Origin: an uncultured bacterium
Lineage (GTDB): Bacteria; Verrucomicrobiota; Kiritimatiellia; RFP12; UBA1067
Assembly: GCA_900547945.1 (NCBI GenBank)
Contig: URIT01000003.1
Coordinates: 1,406 to 65,405, forward strand
Length of the DNA stretch: 64,000 nt
Direction of reading: 5' to 3'
Shown here piece by piece: positions 56,818 to 61,729 of the stretch; position 1 is the stretch's first letter, and each line of letters begins with the position of its first letter. The notes under the pieces are model-generated. The model was given only the letters and a program-made list of their open reading frames with translations, searched no databases and had not been told where the DNA came from. The translations under genes and the position numbers were made by a program.

Positions 56818-57435
56818 TCACCGTGCGTCATACTTGGGAACGACAACCGAATCGCTCCAGAAGACTGTTCCCGAGGCGGCATCGAGCATCTCCAGGTTCA
56901 GGAAATGGTGGTAGACCCTGCGGCGCCCATCATCGGTCCGCTCGCGCCGCAGTTCGCCGGTCAGGACAAAATCGGCCGAAGTGTACAATCCGATGCCCTG
57001 AAGGGCCGCAGCGTCCTCTCCGGCATTGGTTCCGGCGATCAGGGCGTCCGTCATCTGCCTGCGACGCATCGGATCGATCATCAGGAATTTCCCGGTCTTG
57101 CGGATGGCTGTGAGGAGGTCGCGGTACAGTTGGCCCGTCGCGGAGGAATCGGACCGTCCGTCCCCCGTATTGTTTTCAATCGGGCTGATTGAAATCGTCG
57201 GCAGCGAACGCCCCGCGTCGAGCGCGCGTTTCCGCGCCCTGTCGTAGTTCTGCGTGAACAGCGGGTCAGTCAGAAGCCGTTCGACGGATGCGACCACCGT
57301 TCGCCGCTTCTGTGCGTACTCCATCCGCGACGCCCTGCCGTAGACATCCTCCTCCGGGTCGAGATATCCTAACCTAGGACCGGTTGCGCATCCAGACAGG
57401 GCGGCAAGTACCGTGGCAAGCAAGACCTTCTTCAT
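56818..57435 (-). CDS. LpoB-like (COG3417-type) lipoprotein
   Basis: Lipobox MKKVLLATVLAALSGC. PTISISPIENNTGD followed by LTAIRKTGKFLMID is the LpoB-type pattern. The ATG overlaps the upstream stop as ATGA. Confidence 0.65.
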   Translation of the reverse strand: MKKVLLATVLAALSGCATGPRLGYLDPEEDVYGRASRMEYAQKRRTVVASVERLLTDPLFTQNYDRARKRALDAGRSLPTISISPIENNTGDGRSDSSATGQLYRDLLTAIRKTGKFLMIDPMRRRQMTDALIAGTNAGEDAAALQGIGLYTSADFVLTGELRRERTDDGRRRVYHHFLNLEMLDAASGTVFWSDSVVVPKYDAR

Positions 57436-58529
57436 TTGGAAACCTCCCTCCAGCTTCCATCAACCCGCTCAGCGGCCTTCCGAAGAATCTTCTCGGTCGA
57501 CACCACCCGTTCGTCACCCTGTTCCGGCCTCAGCCCCAGTTCAGGTGCCTGGCTGCCAGTTCCCCAATTCGATTTCGTGAGGACCTGGGGCATGCCCGCG
57601 ATGCGCGTGTGTGAACTCGCAAGGTACTTGGCATACCCCTTGGCGCGTTCGGTCCGGCAGAAGTCATCCGTCGCCCCGCTCTTCGCCGCACGGTCGAGAA
57701 GTTCGGCGAAATAGGCATCGTCCTTACGGCGGCGACGCCCTTCCTCGGTTGGCTGCAGGGAAATCATATAGGTCGAGTTCGCCATGAAGTTCGCCTGGAC
57801 CTTGTAAGGCAAGGCAAAGGGATAGGAAACGGTCAGATTGTGGATGCCCGGCGAAACAGGAACCTGAAGCGGCGCCTCGCCCACGGTTCCCGCCGTGCCG
57901 TAGGACACGCCGTCGATCGCGACATCGGCGCCGGCATAGTTGCAACCAAACGCCACCATGACCTTTTGCGCAGACGTCTTCCACTCGACCTTTGCGACCT
58001 GCGGCAGGAACTGCTGCGCCGCGCTCCTGCAGATCTGCGACATCAGCTGGGCATAGACGGCCCCTGCGTTCTGCGCGAATTCCGCCGTTGTGTACTTGCG
58101 CGACAACGCCGTCACCTCGATCCCCCCCGTTCCACCACCCGAGGGGACGCGCTTGGCCTGCAGGGTCATGGTGACGCTGAGCTGTTTCACCAGTGCGGGA
58201 GAGCCGATCGTGATTTCCGAAATGTCATCGATGGACGCCGTAATCAAGGCCCCCGCGCCCAGATGTTCGGCCAGGCGCGTGGCGGACGAAAGCGGCATCG
58301 TCTCGCCCTTCACGCCGCGATTGAGGTTTTCCCCCACCACGTCGTTTGGGTCGATGACCTCGAAGGTTTCACCGCTCAACGCGACGGAAAGGCGCGTCGC
58401 AAGGTTCGGCAGTTTGATGAGGCATTCCGCCCCCGTGTGGTTCTGCACGACAAGGAGGGCCTTCACCGGTTCGGCGCCGCCAGTCAGCATCGTAAGGACC
58501 GTCCCCAAGAGAATGAGTCGCTTCTTCAT
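57432..58529 (-). CDS. Secreted protein with an LpoB-like N-terminal module and a PEGA-like domain
   Basis: Signal peptide MKKRLILLGTVLTMLTGGA. KALLVVQNHTG...FEVID is followed by ADVAIDGVSYGTAG...VSPGIHNLTVSY (PEGA-like). Confidence 0.7.
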   Translation of the reverse strand: MKKRLILLGTVLTMLTGGAEPVKALLVVQNHTGAECLIKLPNLATRLSVALSGETFEVIDPNDVVGENLNRGVKGETMPLSSATRLAEHLGAGALITASIDDISEITIGSPALVKQLSVTMTLQAKRVPSGGGTGGIEVTALSRKYTTAEFAQNAGAVYAQLMSQICRSAAQQFLPQVAKVEWKTSAQKVMVAFGCNYAGADVAIDGVSYGTAGTVGEAPLQVPVSPGIHNLTVSYPFALPYKVQANFMANSTYMISLQPTEEGRRRRKDDAYFAELLDRAAKSGATDDFCRTERAKGYAKYLASSHTRIAGMPQVLTKSNWGTGSQAPELGLRPEQGDERVVSTEKILRKAAERVDGSWREVSK

Positions 58530-58544
58530 GTTATGACCTCGTTT

Positions 58545-58937
58545 TTACGGATTCGACCGACGAACGGACAAACGGAAATCCTCAGTATCCTTCAGGGGCG
58601 AAACGGCCTCGAATACCGTTTCATCACGTCCGTGGATGACGACGGGACGCCACGGCATCATCGCATGGGTCTGCACAAGTCCCTGGGCGTTCTTCCATTC
58701 GAATCGGTACTGACAGCGGAAATCAGAGTTGTTCAGATTCCTGATCGTCGCCTGGACATGCAGAAACCCCTCCGGCGTCCTTTCACATGCGTCCCGTACG
58801 ATTTCAAGATTCAGGGCAAAGGAGGGATCATGGATCTCGACCCGGCCCTTTTCCACGGCGACGCCGCTGGTTCGGGACGAAAGACAGCCCCCCAGTAGGC
58901 AACATCCAAAAACACAGGCAAACGGCAGGACTTTCAT
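58545..58937 (-). CDS. YcfL-like (DUF1425) lipoprotein
   Basis: Lipobox CLLGGC. LHVQATIRNLNNSDFRCQYRFEWKNAQG matches the DUF1425 pattern; 130 aa. Confidence 0.65.
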   Translation of the reverse strand: MKVLPFACVFGCCLLGGCLSSRTSGVAVEKGRVEIHDPSFALNLEIVRDACERTPEGFLHVQATIRNLNNSDFRCQYRFEWKNAQGLVQTHAMMPWRPVVIHGRDETVFEAVSPLKDTEDFRLSVRRSNP

Positions 58938-58949
58938 GCGCGGCTTTCC

Positions 58950-59624
58950 TTAGAATGCAAAGTTGAACACAGGTAGGACGGGAACCGCCGAATCGCGGTT
59001 GATGTTGAATGCGCCAATCTGAAGCCCCTCAAGCCGGGTGGACATGTTGACGATCCCCACCTGTACGCCCGTCCCCCGCTCCGCCATGTTGAAACCGCCG
59101 ACCTGTAGGCCGTCAAGGCGGCCAGATCTGTTGACAAGCCCCGTCTGCAGACCGTTGAACAGTCCCTCCGTCCAGTTCCAGACAAACGAAATCTGGCAAC
59201 CGTTCATGTCCCGTCCGGAATGATTGCAGACACCTGCAAGATGGAAAGCCCCCGGCGAGGATCCCGTTCGATTGAAAATTCCGGAAATGCCAAGCCCCGT
59301 CATTTCATCATCCGAAATGCCGCCAATCACGCCCAAGTCAAAAATGGATACACGGCGATGGGCCCCGACAAGGAGATTCAACTGGAACAAGGCGACATCA
59401 AGGGTTCTGTCGGGGGTCTCAGCCGAAGGTATGAGCGAAAGGGCAAGCGGCTGCGCGCCGACAAAGGCAGACGACTCAAGTGGCTGTATTGGACGTACGA
59501 CAACGGGATTCTCCGCCGTCTTGTTCGCCCCCTCCGCAGCATATGTCCTGACCTGGACATTCTGCGCCTGAAGGCGAACGAGCGAAACCGCCACAATCGC
59601 CGCAACAAGTACATTCATTCGCAT
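58950..59624 (-). CDS. Secreted surface/outer-membrane repeat protein (G-x-Q-x-G-x-x-N repeats, C-terminal Phe)
   Basis: Start MRMNVLVAAIVAVSLVRLQA at 59624 after GGAAGGAGAAGG. Repeats: GLQTGLVNRSGRLDGLQVGGFNMAERGTGVQVGIVNMSTRLEGLQIGAFNI. The protein ends ...VFNFAF. Confidence 0.75.
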   Translation of the reverse strand: MRMNVLVAAIVAVSLVRLQAQNVQVRTYAAEGANKTAENPVVVRPIQPLESSAFVGAQPLALSLIPSAETPDRTLDVALFQLNLLVGAHRRVSIFDLGVIGGISDDEMTGLGISGIFNRTGSSPGAFHLAGVCNHSGRDMNGCQISFVWNWTEGLFNGLQTGLVNRSGRLDGLQVGGFNMAERGTGVQVGIVNMSTRLEGLQIGAFNINRDSAVPVLPVFNFAF

Positions 59625-59755
59625 ATCCGTGACCTTCTCCTTCCAATTACCCCTGTACCCAAATCCATGTACCGGCATTCGTGCCCCTCGCACACATGCC
59701 AGTCACATGTTTCCTCGCCCCTCCCGCCCAGGAGTGCCTACACGCGGGGCGAACG

Positions 59756-59778
59756 TTGTTATTGTATCACATTGTTAT
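59756..59778. promoter_or_regulatory. Direct-repeat operator candidate (TTGTTAT ... ATTGTAT ... TTGTTAT) overlapping a minus-strand extended -10 TGATACAAT (59769..59761)
   Basis: Read directly: gTTGTTATTGTATcacaTTGTTATacg. It lies in the divergent 203-nt region between the surface-repeat gene and the RHH gene. Confidence 0.45.
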
Positions 59779-59827
59779 ACGCGATTGCAAGGACGAGTCT
59801 TCAATTCTTGGTGTAAAATCCAAGACC

Positions 59828-60079
59828 ATGTTCGAAAAGAAAGGTTCAGCCACGCCGGTTCGGCTCACCGAGGACGAAAAGAACCAACTGGCCCGCATCG
59901 CAAGCGATACGGGCCTCACGTCGTCTACCCTGATCCGGCTCCTGATCAGCTCTCTTGTGGCGCACTACCGGGAAAATGGAAACACGATCACCCTCCCCCT
60001 CCAGTGGACGCGCCTCATCGCCGAGCAGAAGGTGCCCGCGCCCAAGGCCAAACGCAGTTCCGCCCCGGGACCGCGCTGA
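59828..60079 (+). CDS. Ribbon-helix-helix DNA-binding protein (MobC/CopG-like), the only plus-strand gene
   Basis: MFEKKGSATPVRLTEDEKNQLARIASDTGLTSSTLIRLLISSLV has the beta-strand, helix, helix layout. A -10-like TAAAAT lies 8 nt upstream of the ATG; 83 aa. Confidence 0.7.
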   Translation: MFEKKGSATPVRLTEDEKNQLARIASDTGLTSSTLIRLLISSLVAHYRENGNTITLPLQWTRLIAEQKVPAPKAKRSSAPGPR

Positions 60080-60157
60080 ACGTCTCAGCGTTGTCCCGGA
60101 GCGGAACAATCCGTCCGGCGTTTCGGCGCGCACGCGGCACGCGAAACCCTGATGCGC

Positions 60158-61684
60158 CTACCTGCGCGGCGTCACGACGACCGTCTCGATGCCGAGCGCG
60201 CGGCCGAGCTTCTCGATCTCGGCGGCGTGGTGGCCGATGCCGAGCGCGAAGTGGTGGGTCGGGCCTTCCATCGTCCAGTTGCGCAGGAACGTCCGCACGT
60301 CCGGCAGGAACTTCCCATGCGTGTTCGTGTTCCCCGTCGGCGGAATCGGCCCGGCGAGGGACTCGCCCTCGGCGACGATGAACTTGAACGAGCCGTCGGC
60401 CTTGAGGCCGAGGGACATCATCGTGATCGGCCCCTCCTTGATGTTGAACTCCACGCCCGCGCCCTTCCCGGGCTTGCCGTGGTACTTCTTGAGGGAGCGC
60501 AGGACCGGCTTCTTCGCGGCGATGTTCAGGTGGTGCGGCCCGTCGTGGCCGACAAGCACCGTGTCGCGCTCGAAGTCGATCGGGTGGAACTCGGCGAAGC
60601 TGCCGCCGATGTCGAGGCGGTCGAAGATCATCATCGCCACGCAGTTCTTGAGGTCGAACTCCCCGCACATCGGAAAGCCGGCGGCGGTGAGGAGGGAGTT
60701 GCCGACGATGAAGTTCGTCACGAGTTCGCGCGTCAAGGAGCCTTCCTCGCCCTCGTAGTAGTAGGCGAAGCCGTCGAGCGCGCGCTTGTCGATGAACGCC
60801 TCCAGCGCCACGGCGGCCTTCGCGGCGACGTCGAGGTCGTGGGCGGTCAGCTTCTCCGTCCACGGGTCGGAGACGGGGTCGGGCGTGTCGAAGAAGCCGA
60901 GGATGCGCGCCTTCATCGCCTCGACCGCCGCCGCGTCGGGGTTCCGGTAGAACGGCAGGATCTCGTCCGGCTCGCAGAGCGCAACGTGGCAGCCGAACGT
61001 GCGCGAGACGGCCGTGGGGTCGACCTGCATGTCGTACATCGCCTCCAGCACGTGGCCCATGAGGCCGATGCGCGCGCGGCGGAGGTCGTGGAGGACGTGC
61101 GCGACGGCGCACCACTGGCGGATCTCCTCGTCCGCCTTCGCGTCGCCCGTGCGCAGACCGATCACGACGTCCGCGACCGGGCGCCCGTAGCGGATCGCGA
61201 CGCCCGTGAACTCGGGCACGCTGCAGAGGTCGTCGTTGTAGAGCTGCTTGTAGATCGTCGCGCGTTCGTAGTCGAGGCGCGCGTCGGGCTGGAGGGCTAC
61301 GAGGACGATCGGCACGTTCAGCTCGCGCACGAACGGCGCGAAGGTGGAACTTGTCGCGTAGGTCACCATGTCCACGAAGAGGAGGTCGAGGTCGGCCGCC
61401 TTCATCGCCGGGATGAGCGCGTGCGCCTTCTGCGGGTTGTCGCTCATGCCGAAGCGCGTCACCTTCACCTGGTGGGCCGCGAGCTTCTCCGCGAAGACGC
61501 CCTCCTTCTTCACCATGTCCTCCAGCAGGCCGGGGCACTGCTTCCAGTACGTGTCGAGCCCCACGCTCACCACGCCCACGTTCGCCGTGAGCGGCTTGCG
61601 CCGCGCCACGCGCGGTCCCTCGGCGAACGCCGCAAACGCCACGGCGCACAGCGCCGCCCACACCACCATCCGTCTTGTCATCAT
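60158..61684 (-). CDS. L-arabinose isomerase family protein with an N-terminal signal-like extension
   Basis: 508 aa. The architecture parallels AraA: an N-terminal Rossmann-like part VGVVSVGLDTYW, then GFPMCGEFDLKNCVAMMIF, SFAEFHPIDF...VLVGHDGPH and GPTHHFALGIGHH. Confidence 0.8.
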   Translation of the reverse strand: MMTRRMVVWAALCAVAFAAFAEGPRVARRKPLTANVGVVSVGLDTYWKQCPGLLEDMVKKEGVFAEKLAAHQVKVTRFGMSDNPQKAHALIPAMKAADLDLLFVDMVTYATSSTFAPFVRELNVPIVLVALQPDARLDYERATIYKQLYNDDLCSVPEFTGVAIRYGRPVADVVIGLRTGDAKADEEIRQWCAVAHVLHDLRRARIGLMGHVLEAMYDMQVDPTAVSRTFGCHVALCEPDEILPFYRNPDAAAVEAMKARILGFFDTPDPVSDPWTEKLTAHDLDVAAKAAVALEAFIDKRALDGFAYYYEGEEGSLTRELVTNFIVGNSLLTAAGFPMCGEFDLKNCVAMMIFDRLDIGGSFAEFHPIDFERDTVLVGHDGPHHLNIAAKKPVLRSLKKYHGKPGKGAGVEFNIKEGPITMMSLGLKADGSFKFIVAEGESLAGPIPPTGNTNTHGKFLPDVRTFLRNWTMEGPTHHFALGIGHHAAEIEKLGRALGIETVVVTPRR

Positions 61685-61729
61685 CGTGTTTCCTCTTTTC
61701 CGGATTGAACTTGAAATGCGCGTTTTCGC

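Noticed and set aside
59625-59760. The possible 5' UTR of about 130 nt of the first array gene, considered as a riboswitch (for example c-di-GMP).
   Set aside because: I could not match it to the GEMM-I/II or any other riboswitch consensus I know. No convincing conserved stem architecture is visible by eye.
25966-60157. The central array considered as an integrative mobile element (ICE or genomic island).
   Set aside because: The window contains no integrase, transposase, relaxase, tRNA or flanking direct repeats. The only hints are the MobC-like RHH gene and the patchy GC, which I reported as a compositional observation instead.
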